This document shows, in pieces, positions 1 through 13,342 of a stretch of 64,000 nucleotides of DNA; position 1 is the stretch's first letter; every line of letters starts with the position of its first letter. The notes beneath the pieces were generated by a model. That model saw only the letters and a program-made list of their open reading frames with translations. It did no database searches and was not told where the DNA came from. The translations under genes were made by a program, and so were the position numbers. The stretch covers positions 306,714,001 to 306,778,000 of the forward strand of contig OZ024740.1 in the NCBI GenBank assembly GCA_964016885.1, written 5' to 3'. The stretch is from Eledone cirrhosa. Taxonomy: Eukaryota.

Positions 1-3000
1 CAATACCATCAATACTACCACCAACAACACCATCAACACCATCACCAACAACACCATCAACACTACCACCAACAACACCATCAACACTACCACCAACAAC
101 ACCATCAATACTACCACCAACAACACCATCAACACTACCACCAACAACACCTTCAACACTACCACCAACAACATCAACACTACCACCAACAACAACATCA
201 ACACTACCACCAACAACACCATCAACACTACCACCAACAACACCATCAACACTATCACCAACAACACCATCAACACTACCACCAACAACACCATCAATAC
301 TACCACCAACAACACCATCAACACTATCACCAACAACACCATCAACACTACTACCAACAATACCATCAACACTACCACCAACAACACCATCAACACTACC
401 ACCAACAACACCATCAACACTACCACCAACAACACCATCAACACTATCACCAACAACACCATCAACACTACTACCAACAATACCATCAACACTACCACCA
501 ACAACACCATCAACACTACCACCAACAACACCATCAACACTACCCCCAACAACACCATCAATACTACCACCAACAACACCATCAACACTATCACCAACAA
601 CACCATCAACACTACTACCAACAATACCATCAACACTACCACCAACAACACCATCAACACTACCACCAACAACACCATCAACACTACCACCAACAACACC
701 ATCAACACTACCACCAACAACACCATCAACACTATCACCAACAACACCATCAACACTATCACCAACAACACCATCAACACTACTACCAACAATACCATCA
801 ACACTACCACCAACAACACCATCAACACTACCACCAACAACACCATCAACACTACCACCAACAACACCATCAACACTACCACCAACAACACCATCAACAC
901 TATCACCAACAACACCATCAACACTACCACCAACAACACCATCAACACTACCACCAACAACACCATCAACACTACCACCAACAACACCATCAACACTATC
1001 ACCAACAACACCATCAACACTACCACCAACAACACCATCAACACTACCACCAACAACACCATCAACACTATCACCAACAACACCATCAACACTATCACCA
1101 ACAACACCATCAACACTACTACCAACAATACCATCAACACTACCACCAACAACACCATCAACACTATCACCAACAACACCATCAACACTACCACCAACAA
1201 CACCATCAACACTACCACCAACAACACCATCAACACTATCACCAACAACACCATCAACACTATCACCAACTACACCATCAACACTACTACCAACAATACC
1301 ATCAACACTACCACCAACAACACCATCAACACTACCACCAACAACACCATCAACACTACCACCAACAACACCATCAACACTACCACCAACAACACCATCA
1401 ACACTATCACCAACAACACCATCAACACTACCACCAACAACACCATCAACACTATCACCAACAACACCATCAACACTACCACCAAAAACACCATCAACAC
1501 TACCACCAACAACACCATCAACACTACCACCAACAACACCATCAACACAACCACCAACAATACCATCAGCACTATCACCAACAACACCATTAACACTACC
1601 ACCAACAACACCATCAACACTACCACCAACAACACCATCAACACTACCACCAACAACACCATCAACACAACCACCAACAATACCATCAGCACTATCACCA
1701 ACAACACCATTAACACTACCACCAACAACAACATCAATACTACCACCAACAATACCATCAACACTACCACCAACAATACTATCAACACTACCACCAACAA
1801 TACTATCAACACTACCACCAACAACACCATCAACACTACCACCAACAACAGCATCAACACTACCACCAACAACACCATCAACACTACCACCAACAACACC
1901 AACAACACTACCACCAACAACACCATCAACACTACCACCAACAACACCATCAACACTACCACCAACAACACCATCAACACTACCACCAACAACACCATCA
2001 ACACTACCACCAACAATACTATCAACACTACCACCAACAACACCATCAACACTACCACCAACAACAACATCAACACTACCACAAACAACACCATCAACAC
2101 TACCACCAACAACACCATCAACACTACCACCAACAATACCATCAACACTACCACCAACAACACCATCAACACTATCACCAACAACACCTTCAACACTACC
2201 ACCAACAACACCATCAATACTACCACCAACAACACCATCAACACCATCACCAACAACACCATCAACACTACCACCAACAACACCATCAACACTACCACCA
2301 ACAACACCATCAATACTACCACCAACAACACCATCAACACTACCACCAACAACACCTTCAACACTACCACCAACAACACCATCAACACTACCACCAACAA
2401 CAACATCAACACTACCACCAACAACACCATCAACACTACCACCAACAACACCATCAACACTACCACCAACAACACCATCAACACTATCACCAACACCACC
2501 ATCAACACTACCACCAACAACACCATCAACACTATCACCAACAACACCATCAACACTACCACCAAAAACACCATCAACACTATCACCAACAACACCATCA
2601 ACACTATCACCAACAACACCATCAACACTACCACCAACAACACCATCAACACTACCACCAACAACACCATCAACACTACCACCAACAACACCATCAACAC
2701 AACCACCAACAATACCATCAGCACTATCACCAACAACACCATTAACACTAGCACCAACAACACCATCAACACTACCACCAACAACACCATCAACACTACC
2801 ACCAACAACACCATCAACACAACCACCAACAATACCATCAGCACTATCACCAACAACACCATTAACACTACCACCAACAACACCATCAACACTACCACCA
2901 ACAACACCATCAACACAACCACCAACAATACCATCAGCACTATCACCAACAACACCATTAACACTACCACCAACAACACCATCAACACTATCACCAACAA

Positions 3001-6000
3001 CACCATTAACACTACCACCAACAACACCATCAACACTATCACCAACAACACCATCAACGCTACCACCACCAACAACATCAACACTACCACCAACAACACC
3101 ATCAACACTACACCAACAACACCATCAACACTACCAGCAACAACACCATCAACACTACCACCAACAACACCATCAAAACTACCACCAACAACATCAACAC
3201 TACCACCAACAACAACATCAACACTACCACCAACAACACCATCAACAGTACCACAAACAATACCATCAACACTACTACCAACAATACCATCAACACTACC
3301 ACCAAAAACACCATCAACGCTACCACCAACAACACCGTCAACACTATCACCAACAACACCGTCAACCCTATCACCAACAACACCATCAACACTACCACAA
3401 ACAACACCATCAACACTATAACCAACAACACCATCAACACTACCACAAACAACACCATCAACACTACCACCAACAACACCATCAACACTACCACCAACAA
3501 TACCATCAACACTACCACCAACAACACCATCAACACTACCACCAACAACACCATCAACACTACCACCAACAACACCATCAACAGTACCACAAATAATACC
3601 ATCAACACTACTACCAACAATACCATCAACACTACCACAAAAAACACCATCAACGCTACCACCAACAACACCGTCAACACTATCACCAACAACACCGTCA
3701 ACCCTATCACCAACAACACCATCAACACTACCACAAACAACACCATCAACACTATCACCAACAACACCTTCAACACTACCACCAACAATACCATCAATAC
3801 TACCACCAACAACACCATCAACACCATCACCAACAACACCATCAACACTACCACCAACAACACCATCAACACTACCACCAACAACACCATCAATACTACC
3901 ACCAACAACACCATCAACACTACCACCAACAACACCTTCAACACTACCACCAACAACATCAACACTACCACCAACAACAACATCAACACTACCACCAACA
4001 ACACCATCAACACTACCACCAACAACACCATCAACACTATCACCAACAACACCATCAACACTACCACCAACAACACCATCAATACTACCACCAACAACAC
4101 CATCAACACTATCACCAACAACACCATCAACACTACTACCAACAATACCATCAACACTACCACCAACAACACCATCAACACTACCACCAACAACACCATC
4201 AACACTACCACCAACAACACCATCAACACTATCACCAACAACACCATCAACACTACTACCAACAATACCATCAACACTACCACCAACAACACCATCAACA
4301 CTACCACCAACAACACCATCAACACTACCCCCAACAACACCATCAATACTACCACCAACAACACCATCAACACTATCACCAACAACACCATCAACACTAC
4401 TACCAACAATACCATCAACACTACCACCAACAACACCATCAACACTACCACCAACAACACCATCAACACTACCACCAACAACACCATCAACACTACCACC
4501 AACAACACCATCAACACTATCACCAACAACACCATCAACACTATCACCAACAACACCATCAACACTACTACCAACAACACCATCAACACTACCACCAACA
4601 ACACCATCAACACTACCACCAACAACACCATCAACACTACCACCAACAACACCATCAACACTACCACCAACAACACCATCAACACTATCACCAACAACAC
4701 CATCAACACTACCACCAACAACACCATCAACACTACCACCAACAACACCATCAACACTACCACCAACAACACCATCAACACTATCACCAACAACACTATC
4801 AACACTACCACCAACAACACCATCAACACTACCACCAACAACACCATCAACACTATCACCAACAACACCATCAACACTATCACCAACAACACCATCAACA
4901 CTACTACCAACAATACCATCAACACTACCACCAACAACACCATCAACACTATCACCAACAACACCATCAACACTACCACCAACAACACCATCAACACTAC
5001 CACCAACAACACCATCAACACTATCACCAACAACACCATCAACACTATCACCAACTACACCATCAACACTACTACCAACAATACCATCAACACTACCACC
5101 AACAACACCATCAACACTACCACCAACAACACCATCAACACTACCACCAACAACACCATCAACACTACCACCAACAACACCATCAACACTATCACCAACA
5201 ACACCATCAACACTACCACCAACAACACCATCAACACTATCACCAACAACACCATCAACACTACCACCAAAAACACCATCAACACTACCACCAACAACAC
5301 CATCAACACTACCACCAAAAACACCATCAACACAACCACCAACAATACCATCAGCACTATCACCAACAACACCATTAACACTACCACCAACAACACCATC
5401 AACACTACCACCAACAACACCATCAACACTACCACCAACAATACCATCAACACAACCACCAACAATACCATCAGCACTATCACCAACAACACCATTAACA
5501 CTACCACCAACAACAACATCAATACTACCACCAACAATACCATCAACACTACCACCAACAATACTATCAACACTACCACCAACAATACTATCAACACTAC
5601 CACCAACAACACCATCAACACTACCACCAACAACAGCATCAACACTACCACCAACAACACCATCAACACTACCACCAACAACACCAACAACACTACCACC
5701 AACAACACCATCAACACTACCACCAACAACACCATCAACACTACCACCAACAACACCATCAACACTACCACCAACAACACCATCAACACTACCACCAACA
5801 ATACTATCAACACTACCACCAACAACACCATCAACACTACCACCAACAACACCATCAACACTACCACCAACAACACCATCAACACTACCACCAACAACAC
5901 CATCAACACTACCACCAACAACACCAACAACACTACCACCAACAACACCATCAACACTACCACCAACAACACCATCAACACTACCACCAACAACACCATC

Positions 6001-6563
6001 AACACTACCACCAACAACACCATCAACACTACCACCAACAACACCAACAACACTACCACCAACAACACCATCAACACTACCACCAACAACACCATCAACA
6101 CTACCACCAACAACACCATCAACACTACCACCAACAATACTATCAACACTACCACCAACAATACTATCAACACTACCACCAACAACACCATCAACACTAC
6201 CACCAACAACACCATCAACACTACCACCAACAACACCATCAACTCTACCACCGATAACACCAACAACACTACCACCAACAACACCATCAACACTACCACC
6301 AACAACACCATCAACACTACCACCAACAACACCATCAACACTACCACCAACAATACTATCAACACTACCACCAACAACACCATCAACACTACCACCAACA
6401 ACACCATCAATACTACCACCAACAACACCATCAACACTACCACCAACAACACCATCAACACTACCACCAACAACACCATCAACACTACCACCAACAACAC
6501 CATCAACACTACCACCAACAATACCATCAACACTAACTGATATACCACCAACAACAACATCAA
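1..6563. repeat. 24-bp tandem satellite (consensus ACCATCAACACTACCACCAACAAC), ~270 copies, begins before the window
   Basis: Period read directly. The minus-strand LMVLLVVV 8-aa ORFs reflect the same 24-nt unit. Scattered substitutions, 3-bp deletions and one 1-bp deletion near 3110. Confidence 0.97.
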
Positions 6564-6566
6564 TAC

Positions 6567-7547
6567 TACTAACTGATATACACTAACTGAACAAGATGAA
6601 GCAGATACACTAACTGATATACACTAACTGAACAAGATGAAGCAGATACACTAACTGATATACACTAACTGAACAAGATTAAGCAGATACACTAACTGAT
6701 ATACATTAACTGAACAAGATGAAGCAGATACACTAACTGATATACACTAACTGAACAAGATGAAGCAGATACACTAACTGATATACACTAACTGAACAAG
6801 ATGAAGCAGATACACTAACTGATATACACTAACTGAACAAGATGAAGCAGATACACTAACTGATATACACTAACTGAACAAGATGAAGCAGACACACTAA
6901 CTGATATACACTAACTGAACAAGATGAAGCAGATACACTAACTGATATACACTAACTGAACAAGATGAAGCAGATACACTAACTGATATACACTAACTGA
7001 ACAAGATGAAGCAGATACACTAACTGATATACACTAACTGAACAAGATGAAGCAGATACACTAACTGATATACACTAACTGAACAAGATGAAGCAGATAC
7101 ACTAACTGATATATACTAACTGAACAAGATGAAGCAGATACACTAACTGATATACACTAACTGAACAAGATGAAGCAGATACACTAACTGATATACACTA
7201 ACTGAACAAGATGAAGCAGATACACTAACTGATATACACTAACTGAACAAGATGAAGCAGATACACTAACTGATATACACTAACTGAACAAGATGAAGCA
7301 GATACACTAACTGATATACACCAACTGAACAAGATGAAGCAGATACACTAACTGATATACACTAACTGAACAAGATGAAGTAGATACACTAACTGATATA
7401 CACTAACTGAACAAGATGAAGCAGATACACTAACTGATATACACTAACTGAACAAGATGAAGCAGATACACTAACTGATATACACTAACTGAACAAGATG
7501 AAGCAGATACACTAACTGATATACACTAACTGAACAAGATGAAGCAG
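6567..7547. repeat. 41-bp minisatellite (CACTAACTGATATACACTAACTGAACAAGATGAAGCAGATA), ~24 near-identical copies
   Basis: GCAGATA recurs at 6601, 6642 and onward. Each unit contains two copies of CACTAACTGA. Confidence 0.97.
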
Positions 7548-7882
7548 TTGAATATGAGTCCCAGAATTAAAGAATTTTGTCTCTTGCTGAATGAGTAAGC
7601 CTTGCACATTTCATTCAATTTAATTTCGTTGTGGGGCTTTCCATTCACTTAAATTCACTTTCACTATTGGCTATTTTATATGTATGTATGACTCTGTAAT
7701 TCATGAGGGAGTCGTAGGTACGCCATATTGACATATGACGTTTCGTCGGCATTTTTTAAACCTGGCGGTGCCCATCTCCTCTACAGATCTGAATGTAGCA
7801 GATTTCTTCCAGAGAAGGATAGATAGAGTGACAGAATAGAAGTGAGAAAGAGATATAGAGGAAGAATCGACCCTAATACAAA

Positions 7883-8015
7883 ACTGGTACTTTTTTTTAA
7901 CGACCTCGAAATGATGAAAGGCAAAGTTGACCTCGGCGAGATTTGAACTCAGAGAGCAGAGAGCTGGAACGAATATCACAAAGCATTCTATCCAACGTTC
8001 TGGCGGCCAATTCGC
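7883..8015 (-). mobile_element. tRNA-derived SINE, family A (B-box GAGTTCAAAT followed by GAGGTYAACTTTGCCTTTCATC core)
   Basis: Reverse complement matches the copies at 13028, 29968, 31857 and 59500. Confidence 0.85.
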
Positions 8016-8355
8016 CGCCTATGTCATAATTAATACGTATTTCAACTTGTTCTTCTGTGCTTTTGAAAAACGTTCATCAATCCCTGGATCTTTCTTAACT
8101 GAGATTCTATTCTAGTTTTCTAAAAGTGAAATATGTAAGAATACTTTATATTTGAAACATTAAATTTTCTAAAACTGTCTTGTTAAAGAGAAAGTTTAAT
8201 TATTCTATGGAACTGACAAGATCTAAATAAATGGTTATTTTGAGCTGTAGAAAATTCATACTGAACAAAATACAAAGCCATACTATTGAAGGAAATGTTC
8301 TATAGTAAAAAGATAGTAACAAAACACAAAAAAAAAAAACATATTAAATAATTAA

Positions 8356-8545
8356 GGCACGTAGCTTAGTGGTTAATGTGTTGGATTTAAGATCATAATG
8401 TCATGGCTTCGATTCCTGAATTAGATGGTGCATTGCATTCTTGAGCAAAGCACTTCATTTCAAGTTACTCTAGTACTCTCAGCTGGAAATGAGTTCCAGC
8501 AGTAGTTGGGACTTAACCCCGTGATGGACTGTCATCCTGTCGCCG
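8356..8545 (+). mobile_element. tRNA-derived CORE-type SINE, family B
   Basis: A-box GTAGCTTAGTGG, B-box-like GCTTCGATTCC, CORE-like TTCTTGAGCAAAGCACTT. Homologous to 39568-39852 and 36845-37066. Confidence 0.8.
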
Positions 8546-8567
8546 AGGGTGTCTGTACACACAGTCA

Positions 8568-8596
<29 letters not shown>

Positions 8597-8598
<2 letters not shown>

Positions 8599-8757
8599 GG
8601 AACAAGTAAGACCCCGGCACGACATCTTTTTAACTTTGATTTTGAAAGTAGGTTTATAATTGAGGTCTTACTTGTTCCTATTACCCACTCTACTACCCTA
8701 AGTATTGAGTACTTTGGTGCGTTATGGTCCACCTGGTTCCTTACCACATTTCCTTCG

Positions 8758-8759
<2 letters not shown>
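8597..8759 (+). mobile_element. (TA)n-bounded short element, probable Penelope-like pseudo-LTR fragment with a small 5' inversion
   Basis: ~8664-8759 is near-identical to 47530-47626. AGGAACAAGTAAGACC (~8598) is inverted at ~8664-8679. Contains GTATTGAGTACTT. Confidence 0.6.
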
Positions 8760-8799
<40 letters not shown>

Positions 8800-8807
<8 letters not shown>

Positions 8808-9333
8808 TGTTTGTTAAAATAATCAAATTAAATTAATTCAACAGTTAAATGCACATAGGAATAATAAGGTTCTTACCAAAGAGCCAGAAGATTGCCAAGT
8901 CGACCCTAAATATTACTAATAGCGCTGGGAAAGCCATGAACGACACCACATCTATTTAACTTTGATTTTGACAGTAGGTTTATAATTATTAATTTGCAGT
9001 ATTTTTTGTAGCTGATTTGGCGGCCTAGTTGGAGGAATCATAGACAGTGATGATCCTGATCTGAAGTTCGATCTTGGTCTGGTATAGGGTTCCCGGTAAA
9101 CGTTTCCAGTTTTTTTCTGTGGGATGTAAAATAAAATCTGAAAAAGATTACATGTACCTCTTGACTAGAATTGAACCCTAGGACAGGATATCCACCGTCT
9201 CTAGTACCTACCGCTAGGCCACAGTGACAACTACGAAAATCTTATGAAAATCATAAGGGCCAGTCCGCCATATATATATATATATATATATATACTAACA
9301 GTTTAGCAACCTGGGCAACCTGGCCAGTCCGCC

Positions 9334-9374
<41 letters not shown>

Positions 9375-9820
9375 TAACAGTTTAGCAGCCTGGGCAACCT
9401 GGCCAGTCCGCCATATATATATATATATATATACTAACAGTTTAGCCCGGCGTTGTTCGGGTTTGTTCATTTGCTATGAAAAGTTACATACAGATAAACG
9501 TGGCTTGAAACTTATAAACTTACTTTCAAAATTTTCAAAACAAAATCAAGTGTTGTTGTTCATGTCTTTCTTAATGTTATTGCTCCTACTTAAGGTCGAC
9601 TTCTAAATCATTTGAGTGTTCCATAAACTACATCCTCGTTTTGTTTCTCATCTATCTAGACTATATTTTAACCTGTAATCCATGTCTCATTTCTGTTGCA
9701 CCTCATTCCCCCCCCCCCTTCTCTCTTTCTCTCTGTGATATTTGAATCTACTATGATTTGGACTTACGTTATTCATATACATATGTTTTTGCATGTCAGA
9801 TTCAAACTTACAATAATTGG

Positions 9821-9890
<70 letters not shown>

Positions 9891-10360
9891 TGTTTTTTAA
9901 AATAGTCAAATTAAATTAATTCAACAGATAAACACGCATAGGAATAATAAGGTTCTTACCAAAGAGCCAGAAGATTGCCAAGTGAACCCTAAATATGAAT
10001 AACAGCTCTAGGAAAGCCATGGACGGCACGACATCTTTTTAACTTTGATTTTGAAAGTAGGTTTATAATTATTAATTTTCATTATACTTTCGTAGCTGTC
10101 TCGGCGGCCTAGTTGGAGGGATCATAGATGGTGGTGATCCTGGTCTGAAGTTCGATCCTGGTCGGGTGTAGGATTCCCAGTAAACCTTTTCAGTTTTTTT
10201 CTATGGGTTGTAAAATAAAATCTGAAAAAGTTACATGTACCTCTTGACCAGGATTGAACCCAAGGCCAGGATCGAACCGTCTCTAGTACCTACCGCTAGG
10301 ACACAGAGACAACTTAGAAAATCTTATGAAAATTCATACTTATAAACCTACTTTCAAAAT
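8800..10360. repeat. Two diverged copies (~8800-9255 and ~9885-10350) of a (TA)n-flanked element containing two facing tRNA-like heads
   Basis: The copies align over ~450 bp. Each has a + strand head (GGCCTAGTTGG...GTTCGATC) and a - strand head ((G/T)CCTAGCGG...GTTCAAT). Confidence 0.75.
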
Positions 10361-10536
10361 GTTATTGTTTCTGTTAGACTTCGGGTATTTTTTTAAAGCA
10401 AAGCATTGGCCCCTAAAATACTACAGTGGACCCTTCAATGGTACTGTGGGTCCGTGCAATGCTATTGTGGGACCCCTGGGGCCCACTTGCCATTGGGTAA
10501 CCTGGCCAGTCCGCCATTTATATATATATATATATA

Positions 10537-11953
10537 CTAACAGTTTAGCCCGGCGTTGTTCGGGTTTGTTCATTTGCTATGAAAAGTTACATACAGATAA
10601 ACGTGGCTTGAAAGCGAATAAGCTTATCAATTAAGTGCATAAAGCAGTTGAACCGGTTATTAAATGTTACGAACCAATTAGCATTTTGGACAATCAATGA
10701 TGGGTTAATAATCTTCCAATAGCGAATTTAGCAGACCAAAGTTGCAAGATGGTGGCCCTGATGCCGCTGGGTGTCAGATCTGTCCGCCATGGGTGACCCT
10801 ACCAGGAAATAGTTTTCCAGACGGCATAGTTCCAAAACCTCCAACACCTGCACCAACATCTGTAGCACCTCTTTGTAGACGATATTGCGTGTCATCCCTT
10901 GAGGAGTGTAAGCAAAAAGTCCATTCTTGCTCCCTACGCGGGAACAGGCAACATAAAGTTGGCCATGGAAGAATATTTGCCCTTGTGACTTGTTAATGGA
11001 CATGGCAAAACATGGTCTCACCGGGAATTGGGATCGCCGGAAATCGAACGAGATATTTGACGCCGAGGGGAAAAGGTTCATCCTTGGCAGTGTATTCGGC
11101 AGAATTGCCAGAAGTACAACACTATGGGTGTTGTCATATTAATATTTAACCAATGAAAGTCGTAAAAAATAAATAATTTAAACATTCCGATTCATATGTC
11201 TATAGCATTAATCTGTTATATGAAGTGTTTTTTGCGGGTTGTTATTTGCAATAAGTCGATTTAAAATACCCCAGAAAAGCCGTATGTCAATACGGAACTC
11301 CAATGACTCCCCAGCAGTTAAATTATAGAAAGGGGGAATAATCTATTATAGAGAGAAGGAAGAGCGATGGAGAGAGTAAAGCTAAGAAACTATAGGGAGG
11401 TGTGTAAAACAGTGTTGTCATATAGAGAGTGAAGAACGACAGAGAGAGAGAGAGAGAGTAAAGCAGTTAAATTATAGAGAGGGGGAATAATCTATTATAG
11501 AGAGAGGGAAGAGCGACGGAGAGAGTAAAGCTAAGAAACTTTGGGGAGGTGTGTTAAACCTCAAAGCATGAAGAGAGTAAAGAGGTTAAATTATAGAGAG
11601 GGGGAATGATCTATTATAGAGAGAGAGAAGAGCGACTGAGAGAGCATTATGACTATGTTTGTTGTTGTATAAAATGATGTGTTGCTTAGTTTTCAAAGTT
11701 TATGTCGCGTTCCTGAACGAAATTTTGTCGCTGTTGGGTAGTAGAAAGAGTGAATAAGCGTGTCAGAGAGAGGGTTACAGCATGTATTAAGTTTTATCGT
11801 TTTTTTTCATAGAAGCATGAAATTTTTGGCAACGTTTATTACGCGTTGACCATCATTGGTATATTTGGAGCACATTGGAAAAAAAATCATCAAAGTCGGT
11901 AGAGAAATGTGGAAATGCATAAAAATCATACACACACACAGACAGCATCTTCC

Positions 11954-11970
<17 letters not shown>
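10537..11970 (-). mobile_element. Internally deleted Helitron
   Basis: Minus-strand 3' end CCCGAACAACGCCGGG hairpin + CTAAACTG + TTAG|T. 5' end TATATAAAACGGAAGATGCTGTCTGTGTG resembles the Helitron at 59848-60343. Contains a helicase remnant and three internal degenerate ~125-140-bp direct repeats (~11315-11645). Confidence 0.85.
10857..11081 (-). pseudogene. Helitron PIF1-type helicase C-terminal fragment
   Basis: Translation FRRSQFPVRPCFAMSINKSQGQ...HGQLYVACSRV...TRNIVYKEVL matches the C-terminal PIF1/Helitron helicase motifs, with an internal deletion. Confidence 0.92.
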
Positions 11971-12029
<59 letters not shown>

Positions 12030-13027
12030 TACCAACTTGTCAATCTATAGCTATCTATGCATGCTTACTATCTTTGAACAATAGAAACACATGCTAACAA
12101 CATAAAAAGAACACATCTGCGTTTTCTCCCCGTGAAGGCCTCCTGAAGCAGGGTTTTTGCCTCATTCTTATCGCAAGTTGAGGTCTCCGACACAAAGAGA
12201 ACTCAGACGCGATGGAGGGGAGAGATATGTCAAAGCATCTGTGTGTGTATTCACATATTGTTATAAAGGTGGTGCAAACTGGAGGTCACTTCTTTTTTTT
12301 GGGGGGGGGGGTCTGAAGCACGCTCTATCGTTGTGGATTACTTGAGGTCTCATATTGATGTTGTTTCTATTGAGGGTGATACAACTTTCGTTGTTGCTGG
12401 CTTTAAGATAATGTATACAAATTGAAAAGTACCAGTAATACACTGGATTGATTTAATCGACTTTCCCTTCCCCAAACATTGTTGGCCTTGTGCCTAAAAC
12501 AGAAAACAATATTTAAAAATTGTTAAAAATCAGTATTTCAGCTATTCGTAAAATGCCGAATTACCCTTTTGGTTTTACAATGTTTTGAAGAAGGAATATG
12601 AAGTGCCATTCAAAGAAGATGTGTGATTCCTTGTAAGTTGAATTAAGTACATTTAGAATGTATGGGTTTTTTTGTTGTTGTTTTTCTTGGGGAATACTGC
12701 ATGATATTTATTGGTTTTAGAATATTTATGCCCACTTCACTGTATGTATGTGTGTGTATGCATATACACACATAAACACACACACACGCTCACACACACA
12801 TACATACATACATTATATATATATATATATATATATATAAGATATTAATTCAACAATGAAAACAATAACAAAGTCATGTTATTTTACCTATTCATATCAT
12901 TACATTGAGTTCTATCTATTGTACGGACCTTCCAACAAGGGTAGACCACATTGAAAGTATATATATATATATATATATATATATCCTTATCGAGCCCTCT
13001 TCGGATTTTAGTCTTCACATGTTATTA

Positions 13028-13147
13028 TCTGAGTTCAAATCCCGCCGAGGTTAACTTTGCCTTTCATCCTTACGGGGTCGATAAAATAAAGTACCAGTAA
13101 TGTACTGGTTAATTGCTGGCCTTGTGCCAAAAGTAGAAACAATTATA
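13028..13147 (+). mobile_element. SINE family A, 5'-truncated
   Basis: TCTGAGTTCAAATCCCGCCGAGGTTAACTTTGCCTTTCATCC...GGCCTTGTGCCAAAAGTAGAAAC. Confidence 0.85.
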
Positions 13148-13165
13148 TAAAGTAGAAACAATTAT

Positions 13166-13200
<35 letters not shown>

Positions 13201-13221
13201 CTGGTCAATAAATACACCAGG

Positions 13222-13290
13222 ATTTTTTCATTCTGATGATTGAAAGCAAATTTCGTTTGCTTTCAAGAAACCACTGGTAAATGAAATAAT
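13222..13290 (+). ncRNA. Type-I hammerhead ribozyme (canonical core)
   Basis: Stem I TTTCATT(13226-32)/AATGAAA(13280-86); CTGATGA 13233-39; 11-bp stem II TTGAAAGCAAA-TTTCG-TTTGCTTTCAA; GAAA 13267-70; short stem III CC-ACT-GG; cleavage triplet GUA at 13277-79. Confidence 0.88.
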
Positions 13291-13311
13291 TATCTTATGT
13301 TGTTTATTACA

Positions 13312-13342
<31 letters not shown>

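Noticed and set aside
1270-6563. Three long minus-strand ORFs (LMVLLVVV)n of 502-648 aa
   Set aside because: Antisense reading of the 24-bp satellite. Purely aliphatic, broken by stops and has no domain.
6567-7547. Possible CRISPR array
   Set aside because: The units are identical tandem copies with no unique spacers, there are no cas genes, and the context is eukaryotic.
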